This document shows, piece by piece, positions 12,097 to 26,340 of a stretch of DNA of 64,000 bases. Each line of letters opens with the position of its first letter. Positions within the stretch are counted from its first letter, which is position 1. Under the pieces are notes generated by a model. The model searched no databases and was not told the origin of the DNA. It saw nothing but the letters and a program-made list of their open reading frames with translations. Both the position numbers and the translations under genes were made by a program. The stretch comes from Octopus sinensis (lineage: Eukaryota), in NCBI RefSeq assembly GCF_006345805.1, contig NC_042999.1, forward strand, positions 117,118,001 through 117,182,000, read 5' to 3'.

Positions 12097-13264
12097 TATA
12101 TAGTTATAACCATGTTCCTAACTTTCTTTGTAAAATATGAGTAACTTTATATCTTAAATATGGAGTTTTTCAAATTATCTATATTTTGGTTTCAACTTTG
12201 GTTCAATGCCAACAAGTTATATCAAGTGCTTCTTAAATATGTTTATTACCGAAACCGAGTTTCATATGTATGCTGGACAATGGTCTTAGAGCTTAACTGA
12301 GAATTGAACTGAAAGCAGTAGAGAAGAAACAGGGAAATATTAGTAAATTAAAGGACTAGGTGAGATACACAAATCTGTTACTCCAGATATTCTACACTTT
12401 TGTTTAACTGTAGACTATACTGTGCATTGTAGGGTTTTTGCATGACAGTTTGGAAATGTACTTTTTCAGTATTCAGTTTACTTCTGCTGTTGTTTGACTT
12501 CAGATCAATATTGAGAGAGAAAACTTTTGGTTATAAATATCCCATATTTTTTATATGACTCTCTATATATTAATAACCATGTTCCTAACTTTCTTCATAA
12601 AAAGTGTGTAACAGTATATCCTGGATACAGGTGTTACTAACTATATAATTCTATTACGTGTGATTTGAGGAAAATGTTACCTGCTATTTCTAACAGAGCT
12701 AGTGATTGCATAGCTTCTCTGTTTTTATTTCATACAGGCTTGCTCAAAGAAAAGTTGCCACTAGTTACTTTTGAAGTCTTTGAAATCACATGTCAGTTTA
12801 CCTGGAAATAAACAATGCAGTTATTAATAAGAAAAGTTGAAAGTAGTTGTTTTTTTTTTTTTTTAAGTAGCATTATTGTAGCTTGCTCATTGGTAAGAGA
12901 GAATAAAGCTTTTGCAAGAGGTCAGAAAGTGCTCAAAGATAAAAGTACTTTTAATAACTGATGATGTGGATTCAACAATGGGAAGAATGCTATATTTTAC
13001 AGGTTGTTAAGTTACTATAGGGTATTAAATGTTATATTTGCTGGGGTTGAATGTGAACTTTGCTTTGTAAGTGCGCTATTATCTTATCATATTTTGACCC
13101 AGAGATCTTGATTGGTTACTGGTTGCAAATGATTATATTCTATTGATCAGGGAAAAGAATACAAAACAGAAATACATTTTGGTAATCTTACTTCCTCTTA
13201 GTAATAAAGCTGAGATATTTGAGGACATTATTCTATGGCTGATATATGTCACCTTATCACTATG

Positions 13265-13295
<31 letters not shown>

Positions 13296-13769
13296 GCGCT
13301 CTCTCTCGCTCTCTCTCTCGCTATGTGGTGTCGGTTTCTCCCTCTGTTATCACTGTCTCTCTCTCTCTCTGTATATATCTCACCTTCACTCGCTTCCACA
13401 GGCTTAGCCAATACGCAGGATGAAAATATCAGCTAAGTCCTGTTCCTCTTTTCATTGTTTTTGCAAGTATCATCATCACCATCAAGCCTTCTTATTATTA
13501 TTGTTTCCCCATATATTAGCGTTATCGTTGTCTTTCGTCTCAAATGCTAGCTGAAGCATATAAACTTTCACTCACAAAAACTTATTCACACGACCGCAAA
13601 AACATCTCGTCTCAAATCTGGTCTTTCTTTCTGTCGCTTAATTCTCTAACCCATCTTTTCCCAACTTCCACTCATAGAAACTTATGCACACGATCGCAAA
13701 GCATTCCATCTCAAATCCTGTCTTTCTTTCTGCCGCCTAAATCTCATCTTCTCCCAGTGCCTGGCCCCC

Positions 13770-14011
13770 GTAAAAGCACCATCCGTTTGTGGCCGTTTGC
13801 CAGCTCTGTCTGGCCCCTGTGCAGGTGGCACGTAAAAAGCACCCACTCCACTCACGGAGTGGTTGCCGTTAGGAAGGGCATCCAGCCGTAGAAACTCTGC
13901 CAGATCAGACTGGAGCCTGGAGCGGCCCCTGGCTTCCCAGACCCCAGTCGAACCGTCCAACCCGTGCTAGCGCGGAAAACGGACGTTAAACGATGATGAT
14001 GATGATGATGA
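13770..14011 (+). mobile_element. RTE-type 3' tail
   Basis: Near-identical to the tails at 42553-42852 and 51760-52041; ends ggacgttaaacgatgatgat. Confidence 0.85.
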
Positions 14012-14768
14012 TTCATGCAACTCATCAGCTTGAATTGCTCAGTGTAATTCTGGTTGAATATAGACCAAAAATAATGTTTCTAGTTGTTTGCTGCTGATTT
14101 GTTCCAGCACAAACAATGATGAGCTCAACTATAATGAGTCAGTGTGGGGTGGAAGCAGTATATTTTGATTCTATAACAAACATATTTTTACGCTATTCCT
14201 AACTATTTGATACTTTTACTCTGTAGTAAACAATAATTTATCATTTAAACACATGGCATTTGTTTGATAAAACAATATTCAAGTTTATAGTATTTTTATT
14301 TTAACATATTTATAATGCTTAGCACTGATAGTTTCAATAAATATGGTGAAGGATTCCTGAACAAAATATGGTGGAGAGGTTTTTTGAAGAAGAAAGAAAA
14401 AAACAAGGTTTTATTTTGCGTGTAATGAGAAACAAGTTGTTCAATCTTTTATAATTAAGGGGCCCTTTTTTAAAAAGAAGTTAGATAAAATAGAAAAATT
14501 CTGAACATCCTTGTATTGAAAATAATATTAGTGCTCATTTGCTTCAAGTTCAATGAACCAATGCTGAGTAGCAGGTGCTTCCTTAATTAATTGATGTTGT
14601 AATTTGAGATGATCAGAAGCATCCCCATCAACTTTGTCATTGATATCATCATCATCACCACCTCTGTCATCATCGTTTTAAAATGGCTAGCATGTGTTTG
14701 GTGAGTCTTCTTTGACCCTACATTATCCTGTGTGATCAACTTAGCGATTGTTGCAGTCATTGTTATCT

Positions 14769-14995
14769 TTAACCCTTTAGCATTTAAATAGGCCATATCC
14801 AGCCAAAATTTTCTACCTATTTTATGCTCAAACTGACCAGATATGGCCTCTCACACCAACCCTACAATATCATTCTAAAAATTAACAGTTAGCTCATAAA
14901 ATCTCCAAGTTACAAAATGCTGCATGATTAATTCAAAACAATGTTAATAAATAAGCAATACTTTTGACAGACTAATCTGAACCCTAAAGGGTTAA
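14769..14995. mobile_element. piggyBac-like MITE (TTAA target), family A
   Basis: TTAA|CCCTTTAG...CTAAAGGG|TTAA ends. Homologous copies at 29214-29443 and 54711-55044, plus an end at 1-20. Confidence 0.75.
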
Positions 14996-15589
14996 TGCTG
15001 CCTTGAAGTATATTTTCCCATGCCAGCAAGAATTAGATGGGTTAGCTATACAGAACACTATCACTTATCATTCTTTTATCAATTTATTTTCTGTGGGACT
15101 AAATGTTCTCAAATCTAAATTCATCCTTTCTTTCTACATCTCCCTCTTCCTTTGGAGCTGTCCACTTAGAGTTTCTTTTTTACTCAACTCATATCATCTA
15201 CAAGCAAAACGCCTCCCGTCCAATGGACGGTGCTGAGTTGTCAAACATTTAAACCAAATTTTCTCAAAACAACTTGTCCAACCGTCCCATAGGCCTCCCC
15301 TTTGAGAAACACTGATTTAACCTAAATTTGAGACACCAGCAAAAGAAGAAATAAAGATAGACTTTTTTTCTATTCCAAGGAAAACGATTTTACAAATGCA
15401 CGTTCCCACGCCTTTATCGATCGCATTCTCACCTGGAATCGATTTTTGTAATTTTTTCAAGACTTATACATGCCCTGATATCGTCGGTATCTACATATCA
15501 AATTTGAATGCAAAATCGGATGGAGGATGCCTGAGATCCTAGAAGACACACACACACAGACAGAACGGATTTTATATAATATATATATA

Positions 15590-16881
15590 CGAGGGACGTT
15601 CAATAAGTAATACCTCTACCCTACTTGCAGTTGTTTGATCTAGCTGTAATTTGGCATGTGCAATTATTTATATCTCTATAGATTGAGTGAGAAATTACAG
15701 CTCTGAACTCACTGTGGTTTCTGATTTACAGGTGTTTGAACTGAGTCAAGTGTGAAATGAAGCCTGTTGAGTGTCGAGCAGTGATCCGGTTTTTGTAATT
15801 GAAAGGACGCACACCATGAGAGACTTTTGATGAAATGAAAGTAACTTATGGTGATGATGACCCATCATATGACCTTGTAAAACGCTGGCATCGTGAATTC
15901 AAACATGGTCGGAACTCTGTGAAAACAGCTCTCAGATCTGGTCGCCTCCCTTCTGCCATTGATGAGGCATCTATCCGTCAAGTTGAGGCTGCCATTTTGG
16001 AAGATCGACGCATAACTATTCGCCAAATAGCCCATGAGGTCAAGATTAGTACCTGGTCTGTGGAAACTATCATTCATGACCATTTGCATATGCAAAAGGT
16101 GTCTGCCAGATGGATTTCCAGGTTGCTCACACCTTTCCAGAAGCAAGAACTCGTCGAGTGCTCGAGGGTGAATTTGGAGATGTGCCAAGAAGATGAGTCA
16201 AAATTTTTCAAAAGACTGATTACACAGGATGAAACCTGGGTCCATCACTATGATCCAGAGACCAAAGCCCAGTCAATGCAGTGGAAGCACCGTGACTCAC
16301 CTCTCCAAAGAAGAAAAGGGTGCAGCCCTCCACTGGATAGGCCATGCTCACAGTCTTCTGGGACCAGGACGGAGTAGTGATGACAGATTTCCTGGCAAAG
16401 GGTACCACAATTACAGGAGCCTATTATGCTTCACGTTTGAGGAAATTAAGAGAAGCTATCAAAATCAAGAGGCGGGGCAAGATCAGCAAAGGCATCCTCC
16501 TCTTGCAGGACAACGCTCCGGTCCACAACTTGCTTGTCGCCAGATCAGAAGCACAGGCATGCGGCTATGAACTCCTCCCCCATCCCTCCTACTCTCCTGA
16601 CCTTGCACCCTCTGATTTTCACCTCTTCCCAGCCATGAAGTTGTTTTTGAAAGGAACGCGTTTCCCTGATGATGCAGCCTTGATTTCTGAAGTCACGTCG
16701 TGGTTGGAGGAACAAGCTGGGGTCTTCTACAAAAATGGTCTCCAGAGCTGCATCAAACGATGGGAGAAATGCGTACCTCGGTGTGGTTCCTATGTAGAAA
16801 AAGACTAATAACTGTGCCAAGTTTTGTTGCTCTACTGCTATGGGAAGTGGGTCAGGGGCATTACTTATTGAACGCCCCTCG
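15590..16881 (+). mobile_element. Full-length mariner (DD34D) transposon with disrupted transposase (15757-16808)
   Basis: TIRs cgagggacgttcaataagtaat / attacttattgaacgcccctcg flanked by TA. Motifs WISRLL, TQDETW, LQDNAP and YSPDLAPSDFHLF. Two N-terminal stops and a frameshift near 16310. Confidence 0.95.
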
Positions 16882-16959
16882 TATATGTATCATGTGTCCA
16901 TGCCTGTGCAGTTGTTGCTCTAGTATACTCTGTAACTGATACTTTTAATACAATCATTC

Positions 16960-17560
16960 ATTTTACTTCTGCTGTGCTTTTCACACACCCATTGAGGTCA
17001 TACATGCTTCCTCTATCTTCGACCTCAAAAGTGTTTTACATTTATTGTCCTTGTCTTGCTGCCATGTGGCATTACACTTTTCACATATGCTTCATAATTG
17101 ATGCCTTTTACACAGAGAGAACATTTTCCAAATCCTAATGCATTGCATTATAGTCACAAGAACTATAATGACTAGAAAAAGGTTTCATACGCAATCACAG
17201 AATACTAAGTTTCTCTGTGAATTTACCACAAACACTAATCTTGCTCTCAACACTTTCATAGATGACTTGCACAACTTTCACAACAAGCCATTCTGCTTCA
17301 CATACTTCCCCTAGTACCCACCAGACTAATCTATCAAAAATCTTCCCTAAGTCAACAAATATTAAAATGAATGGTGTATTATTAGCTAAGATATCAGTGT
17401 AATGTTCAATGTAAAATTATATAACACATCTCACACTCTCACCTCACTGATATACTCCCTGTGTTGTTTATAGTAGGTCTACAGACTGTGGATTTTCTAA
17501 TCAAGTTTGTAATGGAATAAGGTCCAAATATATTGCACTCTTTGAGTATGCTCTATTGAT
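16960..17560 (-). mobile_element. Highly degenerate LINE (RTE-like) RT fragment
   Basis: Minus strand near 17360-17310 reads FVDLGKIFDR.VWW, resembling FVDMEKAF..VPR.LIWW of the RTE at 33060. Confidence 0.45.
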
Positions 17561-18979
17561 GTAATGTATTCTAAAATCAGGTTGTATATTTTGTTGCCAG
17601 AAAGTATATTTTATAGTTAGGTAAAATTTTCTATAGATCAGTGAATGTTAGAATACTTATTGCAAGCAGAGTTACATATCTAAAGTAGGACCAAATATAA
17701 ATACTAAGATAAATACTAGCAAGATTGATTTATTTTACATTTTTCCAGTAAGTAGAAGAGGCAACTCCATGCATATTTCTACCTTTTTCTGACTTCTTAG
17801 AAAAGTATAACTTCCTTGCTGCTGGTTGGATTTTATACATCAGTAACTAATCATATATTTTATTGCCTGGCAAATTAAAAATCTAAACTAAACTAAATAT
17901 GCAGCGAGAAAAAATATCAGTCAATGACAATTATTATTATTATCAATTTCTTCATTTTGCTTGTAAAATTTTGCTTTACCTAGTTTCCTTAGCAAAATAT
18001 AGCAGGCTAGATCAGAAGTGAATGAATCACTAAAGTAAATCACAGACATGCATGTGCATGTGCACGCATGCACCCCACCCCCACCGCACACCCATACACG
18101 TTTGTAGCACAAAAACTTTATTAATATTTTCTCTTCAAGTATATTTTTAGTTTGGGTCTTTAACATTCCATGCATTATATATGCTGGTATTCTCTTATCT
18201 ATTGATTTTAATTTGGATTAAATATCCACAACCCATGCTAGCATGGAAAACAGACGTTAAACGATGATGATGAGAAGGAGGAGGAGGTATCAGGGATAAT
18301 TTCATGTGTTTGAAATGCCTATCAAATATAGATCATCTGCTGATGATCTTCCAGAATCTTCAGATTATTCAGTAGCTACTCTATTCAATAACAGGACCTT
18401 GACTCCCTGATTACTGTTCTTTAATCCAGGATGTTATCCTTGATCAGACAGCCCTATGGTCACAGACATTATAGTCATGACCATCCCGCCTTTTTATATA
18501 TCAGAGATGATATCATTTTCATCCTTCCTTTCTTTTAAGGTGGTAAAGTATGATTTGAGGGAGATTTGGCAATAGCTACTAGCAAGCTTCATTAAACACA
18601 TAGAGGCTTCCTCAATGAATCCCTGGTTGTTAAATAAGCCAATCTATGAGATGAGTCATTGAGGAAACATCTGCAAAGTCAGTAACCAACATATGATTTG
18701 GGCATGGGTATTAGGAAAGTGTCTTCTACCATAGCCTAGGATTATTTTATATACTGTTAGTGAAGTTTGGTAGAAAGAATCTGTTCAGAAGCCCATCATC
18801 TATGTATATGTCTGTGTGTGTATGTATATAAATATAAAACATGTGTGTGTAACATCTATACATGGTGCATCATTTCTTTGAGGTCATTTATATGAATTTA
18901 GAAAAATATGCAGAGTTAATCAAAGAAAAGCTGTATTTGAATACAAATTGGTACAAATAATCTTGAGAATCCTCTTATC

Positions 18980-19680
18980 ACACCTATTCAAAGAGTCCAC
19001 TGTTAGCGTCAATAGCTGTTTTAATACATGTTGGTGGTATTGACATGTCCAAATCTGATTATCATTATCAATTTCCTAATTAGTGCTAGTTATGGTGGAC
19101 TTGAGAGATTTATGGTGTTATGGGGTTGTTGATTGACCTCTCTTTCTTGACTACATGCTTTATGCAATAGGTCAATGGATTGAGATCTGGTAAGTAAGGA
19201 GGACATATGTTTGGGAGAACAAGCTCATGAATATTGGCACACATCCACATTTGGGTTGCCCTAGCTATATGAGATGGGCCACTGTCTTGTTGGAAAACAT
19301 ATTGTCTTTCATTGTGTACTCTGTCTATCCAGGGCCTTACAACTTTCTCCAACACCTCTGTGTTGATACTGACATTGACTTTGAACCCATGGAAAAAAAA
19401 AGTGAGGAGGCATGACATATCCTTCATTGCTGATGACTCCCAGAACCATCACAGTTGCTTGGAACTTTCTATGCATGACCATTGGAACCTTGTTCTGGTT
19501 TCTGCATAACCATCTGTTATTCCTTCAGTAAACCTTTTGTTTGGCCCTGATCGAAGTTTTTCTCAAAAAAACAAACAAAAAAACAGAACACAAAACAGCT
19601 TCTTAGTGTTTTAACTTATTTGGCAAGTACCTTTTACAGCTCAAATGATTTTCTCTAGTCACATCTGATATAAACAGACC
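18980..19680 (-). mobile_element. Degenerate Tc1/mariner-superfamily transposase fragment
   Basis: ORF 19110-19427 contains YVFQQDSGPSH..RATQ.W and PPYLPDLNPL (QQDxAPxH / PPxSPDLNP motifs). Confidence 0.75.
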
Positions 19681-20417
19681 CCTCCATTGCTTAATAAATA
19701 CATGATGTAAAAGTAACAAAAATAAAACGAAAAAAGAAGATACAACGTATAATGGAAAATATTGCAATTCTAACTAAGAGATAAAAAATCTCTGAATCAC
19801 TCTGTGAAAAACACAACACCATGAAAATCAACACACTGTGATACTATCCAGTGGAAATAAAAATAAGAAGGTAAAAAAGAGAAAAAAGATACACGATTGG
19901 TTATTGTAAATCTATTGAAGAAACTGATGTATAATTTTATGATATTTTGCAAAGAGGTGTGTGTGTGCGTGCGTGTGCATGCGTGTGTGTATATCTATGT
20001 ATTTGATGTATTAATTTCAGGATGCCTAAGAATAAGTTACATCTTTACATGCAATACTTCAGGCAAAAATATAATACTTTTTGGTTTAGTGGGATCCTTA
20101 AAAGTAGGAGAGCAATCGGGAGAACATCTTTAGACATTCGTGTTTATCAAACAAGATGCAAGGATGCCCAAATATCGTTCGCGATCCTTTTATATGGATT
20201 TATGAACGATTCACGACGTAGATAACTTTTCTATTGTAAATTACTGAGAACAAAACACTGAGAGTTGTCTCCCATATTTGTTGACTTCAAATCCTCGAAT
20301 ATTGCAGTTATTTATTAATAGTATATTTATGCTTTCTTTACCTTTTATTTTAACATTCTGCGCTTTAAACCAGTTAATATAAATTGATGGAAATATAAAT
20401 CTTTGGCATTAATCATT

Positions 20418-20686
20418 CACATACATGCATACATACATACATACATACATACATACATACATACATACATACATACTACATACATACATACATACATACA
20501 TACATACATACAAGTTTAGGTTTATACCTGTAATTACTGGGACAATGGGATATGTAACACACTGCCTAAATACCAATGTTGAGAAATTAAGCTTCTCAAA
20601 ACCAGAAAGGAGAAAGCTGGTTCGAAAACTACAGATCCAATCCATCACCAGAGCTACAAGAACCTGTAAAACTTACAGAAGTTTAT

Positions 20687-20732
<46 letters not shown>

Positions 20733-20850
20733 TACATACATACATACACGCATATATATGTAAGTATATTTGTTTGTGTATGTGTGTCTGCATGTGTGTG
20801 TGTGTGTGTGTATGTGTGTGTGTGTATGCGCGTGTGTGTGTGTGTGTAGT
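20418..20850. repeat. (CATA)n, (CA)n and (TG)n microsatellites
   Basis: Direct reading; these explain the YIHT/HTHT/CVCV pseudo-ORFs. Confidence 0.95.
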
Positions 20851-21355
20851 TGTTTTTAGTAATTTACATTTAAAATCAAAACACTTCTTGCCTCTAAACA
20901 AACTGTTTCTTTCTTCCCTCTTTTTCACTCTTTCTCTTTCTTTCCCTTTATATGTCTGCCCTTCCTTTCCACTCATATTTTATTAGTAGTTGGAAAAGAT
21001 ACGATTTAAATATTCCATTACTCATTTCTAGGTCTTGGTATTATATTTCATATTTCACAATCTTGAATGTAGATATGTATAAGATTAGCTTTTATATGAC
21101 TGCTTAACTTCAGAAAATCTTAGATAATCTTACATTTCCTATACTGTGGTCTTTCTGTCTCCCTCTTCCACTTTCTGTAATTTGCAGATGTATACATCTT
21201 TCTTAAATAAACACACACACGCACACACACATGCATACACCTGCATACGCCCACATACAAATTCTGTAAGCACGTATATAACTATTATATATATATATAC
21301 TAGTATATATACCAGTTATATACATACTTTAATAACAATAATCTTAATAGTAGTA

Positions 21356-21400
<45 letters not shown>

Positions 21401-21401
21401 G

Positions 21402-22735
21402 CCGAGCAATATTTTCATTCAGAGAACTCAAAGGCAATGTTGATCTGTCCCCTAATGTCAACTTTCAAGCTTGTCATGCCTCACTGAGATAAAGCAAAAT
21501 ACAAACTGGATCCACCCAAGGACCACGTACATGATTGATGAACCAGATTGAGTACGAAAAATCAGCTCCTGGTTCAAATCTTCCTGAAACACAAGAGCTG
21601 AGAAGTGCCCCACAACCAGAATATTCAAATAGAAGACCATCCATGCTCGTCATCAAATAACCAAAAGAAAAAGAATGAAAAATGGTCTAGGGGAGATCAT
21701 AAAGAAGTTCTTAAGGCCTTCTTTCATGCTATGTATTTCCCCGCAATAAGTTTAATACTGTACAAACCTACTTAAACTGGAGACAGAAACACCTTGAAGA
21801 CCCTACATAGACAGTAAGAAACATTATGAAAAAGAAATTACTAACTGAAAAAGAAATTACTAACTAGGCGCAGGAGTGGCTGTGTGGTAAGTAGCTTGCT
21901 TACCAACCACATGGTTCCGGGTTCAGTCCCACTGCGTGGCATCTTGGGCAAGTGTCTTCTGCTATAGCCTCGGGCCAACCAAAGCCTTGTGACGGTAACT
22001 GAAAGAAGCCTGTCGCATATATGCATATATATATATATATGTGCATGTGTGTTTGTCCCCCTAGCATTGCTTGACAACTGATGCTGGTGTGTTTATGTCC
22101 CCGTCACTTAGCGGTTCGGCAAAAGAGACCAGTAGAATAAGTACAGGGCTTACAAAGAATAAGTCCTGGGGTCGATCTGTTCAACTAAAGGTGGTACTCC
22201 AGCATGACTGCAGTCAAATGACTGAAACAAATAAAAGGAAGGAAAAAAAAAAATATTATATATATATATATATATTCTTTGACATTAGGCACTAACAACC
22301 CAATACCAGAATAATACAAGTCCAGGGGTTGAGTTGCTCGACTAAATGCAGTGCTCCAGCATGGCTGCAGTCAAATGACTGAAACAAGTAAAAGAGTAAA
22401 AGAGTAACTGAATTAGAGATTGACCAAATTAAACAATCACTAAGGGATAAAAGGAATGAAGTTGCAGCTAAAGAAGATACTACAGAGGAAATAATTATAG
22501 ACCAACCCAGGTTTGATGAAAATGCAATAATGATTGAAAGAGTTAATGTAACTGATAATCAAAGTGAAATATTCTCTGAACCAACCTTAAACACTAAGGC
22601 AGATTAAAATCAAATAGATGAAGAAAGTCACACAGGAATTGACCCAACAGAACTACATGATCTAAAAAAATCAAATCATGACTGAATGGATGAAAATTAA
22701 AGAAACCAGTATGAATGGATGTGAGTAAAATTTTA
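21402..22735 (+). mobile_element. 5' fragment of an R4/Dong-like LINE inserted after (TAA)n, interrupted by SINEs (21867-22405)
   Basis: Begins directly after a (taa)n tract. Translated pieces KWSRGDHKEVLKAFFHAMY and KKKLLT|ELEIDQIK resemble the N-terminal region of the copy at 23260-26340. Confidence 0.5.
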
Positions 22736-23259
22736 ATCCCATATGCATCCATATCTATACAGATCTTCTATATATATATGAACATTGCTGTTTCTTCTCA
22801 GTCTCTCATTATACATCAATAATAATTATAAAAACAAAAGAAATATTAACACATGTCCACGGTCGGTGTTCTGTCAAAACATAAATGCTGTAAAGATGGC
22901 TCCATAACAAAAAGGAGTGTACAGATAACCATGAATACAATGAAATGGTTGCTTTATGATTTACACACACTACTATGCAACACTCCTCCAAAAACATATG
23001 GGAATAAACTCATACAGTAAATACCTAATAAAATTAACAAACCCCACAACATATGCCATAGATGTTCGATACCAAACAGAAGAACACAACCTGCACTACA
23101 CAAACAACACACAATACAAAAACTAATACAACAGAAGCCTCAAGCCAATCTCCATAACAAAATATACTGATGCAATACAATATACCCCAAGGGTAAAAAA
23201 AAAGAAAAAAATGTGAAGCACATACCCTATCAGCATGAAAGTGCAGCAAGTGATGCAAT

Positions 23260-23783
23260 AAAAAGTTACTATCAGATGTTGAATAATAATAATAACAGTG
23301 ATGATGATAGTGACAGACATTACCTTATCTCAGTTTATGAGAGACAAAAGTTTGCATAGAAACTCTGATTGTAACAGTGAAAATGAAGTTAAACTTTTAA
23401 GGGAAGGCCTCTCACTCAACAATGGTTCAGTAAAGATGCAGACTGACCACAGCTGTTATCCTAAGACATCATCAGCAGATAATAGAGTCAGGAAGAGGAA
23501 GTGGACCAGCGAAAAAAAAACAGGATAGTGATGTAGTGTTACTTAGAAAGTGAACCTACAAGAAGTTGTTATAGAAAACAGATACTCTTTTACTCGTTTC
23601 AGTCATTTGACTGCGGCCACGCTGGAGCACCGCCTTTTAGTTGAGCAAATCGACTCCAGGACTTATTTTTTGGAAGCTTAGTACTTACTCTATCGGTCTC
23701 TTTTGCCAAACCGCTAAGTTACGGGAACATAAACATACCACCATTAGTTGTCAAGTGATGTTGGGGGGACAAACACAGACAAA

Positions 23784-23832
<49 letters not shown>

Positions 23833-24109
23833 CAAATAAAAATAAAAACAGAACACAAAGGATATCGCAGTACACGTGTTTCAAGCTTTATAAACAATCC
23901 ATTATTACATCAGTGTATTATTGATATAAAAGATGATTTAAAGCTCTCTTCAGCTGCAAACATTGTTAGTCCAAAGAATTACATCACAACATAAAAAAAT
24001 ATGAAAAACACATGTAGTATTTCCCATTATAATAGGTTTGTCATATCTCTTTCAAAAAGTGTATAAAGATTCATTGGATTTTGAAAATCTGCCCATACTG
24101 TATCACCAG

Positions 24110-24206
<97 letters not shown>

Positions 24207-26340
24207 ATATGCATACATATATACAACAGGCTTCTTTCAGTTTCTGTCTACCAAATCCACTCACAAGGCTTTGGTTGGCCCGAGGCTATAGTAGAAGACA
24301 CTTGCCCAAGGTGCCACACAGTGGGAATGAACCCGGAACCATGTGTTTGGTAAGCAAGCTACTTACCACACAGCCACTCCTGTGCCTACTAACATTTTGG
24401 GTAGAGAAGGGTATGTTTAAAGTGACTGAGCAGAGCCTAGTAGATCAAGCTAATGCTATTAGGAGAAGAAAGTGGATGACAGAATTGGACAGAAAGACCA
24501 AGCAGTAGGAAAGACAAACAACAACAACATAAGAGATACAGGTCAAACCAAAGAAGACCCTAAAGAAAAACGTAATAATTGCACTACCAATAATGAAGGG
24601 ACTACTGGCACCAGCGATTTAAGGGATTTAATTGAGGAAGATCAGAAGATTTTAGATGAGCTGCAGGAAATGAGTAAAGGAGTAAGAAAAAGATAGCCAA
24701 CATTAAAAGGTACCAACATACATTGTCTGCTATATTCAGTATAGCAGACAACATAATAGAATTAATTAGTTGTAGCATGAAGTAATGGAAAGTAGATCTC
24801 TACTCAGTTGACATGGTCTTAGGGAAGGTTAATATCAAGAGAGGAATTTGCCAAGGAGACTTGTCATCCCCTTTAATATTTGTCTTATGTTTGATCCCCC
24901 TCAGTTCAGTATTAAGGAAGGCAAAGGCAGGGTATCAGTTCAGTAATAGTAAGAGAAAAATTAACCATTTGCTTTACATGGATGATCTGAAACTTTTTAA
25001 GTAAAGATGAAAAATCTTTAATACAGACTGTAAGACTCTTCAGCAAAGATATAGGCATGGAATTTGGCATAAATAAGTGTGCAATATTAGTCACGAGAAG
25101 GAGATAAGTAGTCTGCAGCAAAGGCATCCAATTAGCAGATGGCCAGACATTAAAATCACTGAAAGAAGGAGAGAGTTATAAGTATCTAAGAGTATTAGAA
25201 TCTGACAGAGAACTAACTGTAGAAATGAAAACGAAAACTGAGAAGGAGTACATCAGAAGGGAAGCTAATGAAGTCAATGCTAAATGGTCTCAATGTAGTG
25301 AAGGCTGTAAATACTTGGGCAGTAACATTACTTGCAAAGCAAGACAGAACTAGGAAGGAATTCAATATGAATGGAGGACTCCATCCAAAAGCTGGAATAG
25401 CAAGATTATACTTACCTAGAAAGGAAAATGGAAGAAGATTAATATCAGTAGAAAGTTGTGTGGAGTTAGCTAGAGTTGATATAGACTCCTGTGTAGGTAA
25501 TAGTGAAGAAAGAGCTGCTAAAGTCACAACAAGACATAGAGAAATCAAAAAAATCTAACAAAGTTAAAAATCAGAAAAAGAACAAAAGTTATCTGATGGG
25601 CAGAAGAAAGCTTTGCACAGTAGAAACTCAAATAGTAGTAGTGAGACATGGTTATGGTTGCAGAAAGGAAGGCTGAAAAGAGAGACAGAAAGTTTATTAG
25701 TAGCAGCACAAATCAAGCATTAAGGATTAATTGGATAAAAGCCAGGATAGACAAAAACCAAGTAGATTCCCAATGTAGGTTATGCAAATCAAAAGAGGAA
25801 AGTGTTACTCATATAGTAAGTGAATGTAGCATGCTGGCGCAGAAAAAATACAAGAAAAGACATGACAATCCAGGAAGAGTCATCCACTGGGTGTTATGTA
25901 GAAAGCTAGGATTTGACCATACAGATAAATGGTATGAATATGAACTTAGTAAAGTACTAGAAAGTAAGAAATATAGGATGTCGTGAGACTTTAACATTCA
26001 GGCTGACAGAGTAGTAGAAGCCTGATTTAGTAGTAGTAGTAGATAAAGAGAATAGAAAATGCCAGATAATTGACTTTACAGCCCCAAATGATGAAAAAAT
26101 CAATATGAGAGGTATAGAAAATAGAAAATAGGACCTAGCAGAGACTATGGAAATTGTGGATAAAATGTATCTCAGTAGTTACAGGTGCATTAGGGACTAT
26201 CCCTATAGATTTGAACAGATGGATAGAGGAAATAGGTACAAAACCCAGTTTAGTACAGTTCCAGGAAACAGAGTTATTAGGGGCAGCTAGGATACTTAGG
26301 AGGGTTCTTGGCATCTAAAGTTACTTGCCTAATGTTAGGA
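23260..26340 (+). mobile_element. Degenerate R4/Dong-clade non-LTR retrotransposon (RT + CCHC + restriction-like endonuclease)
   Basis: RGICQGDLSSPLIF, NHLLYMDDLKLF, GMEFGINKCA, CRLCKSKEESVTHIVSEC..LAQKKYKKRHD, DLVVVDK..IIDF and ARILRRVL. Many stops and frameshifts; followed by (TAA)n. A SINE is inserted at 23586-24385 with a tact duplication. Confidence 0.88.
23867..23957 (-). ncRNA. Minimal type I hammerhead ribozyme motif
   Basis: Minus strand: gcag CTGAAGA gagcttta-(long loop)-taaagctt GAAAC acgt GTA ctgc. The core is intact, stems I and II pair, and loop III is the palindrome ACGT. Confidence 0.75.

Noticed and set aside
10490-14160. C/D-box snoRNA candidates (TGATGA-like words at ~10500, 10753, 12959, 14117)
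   Set aside because: No convincing D box with terminal stem or recognisable rRNA guide could be established by eye.
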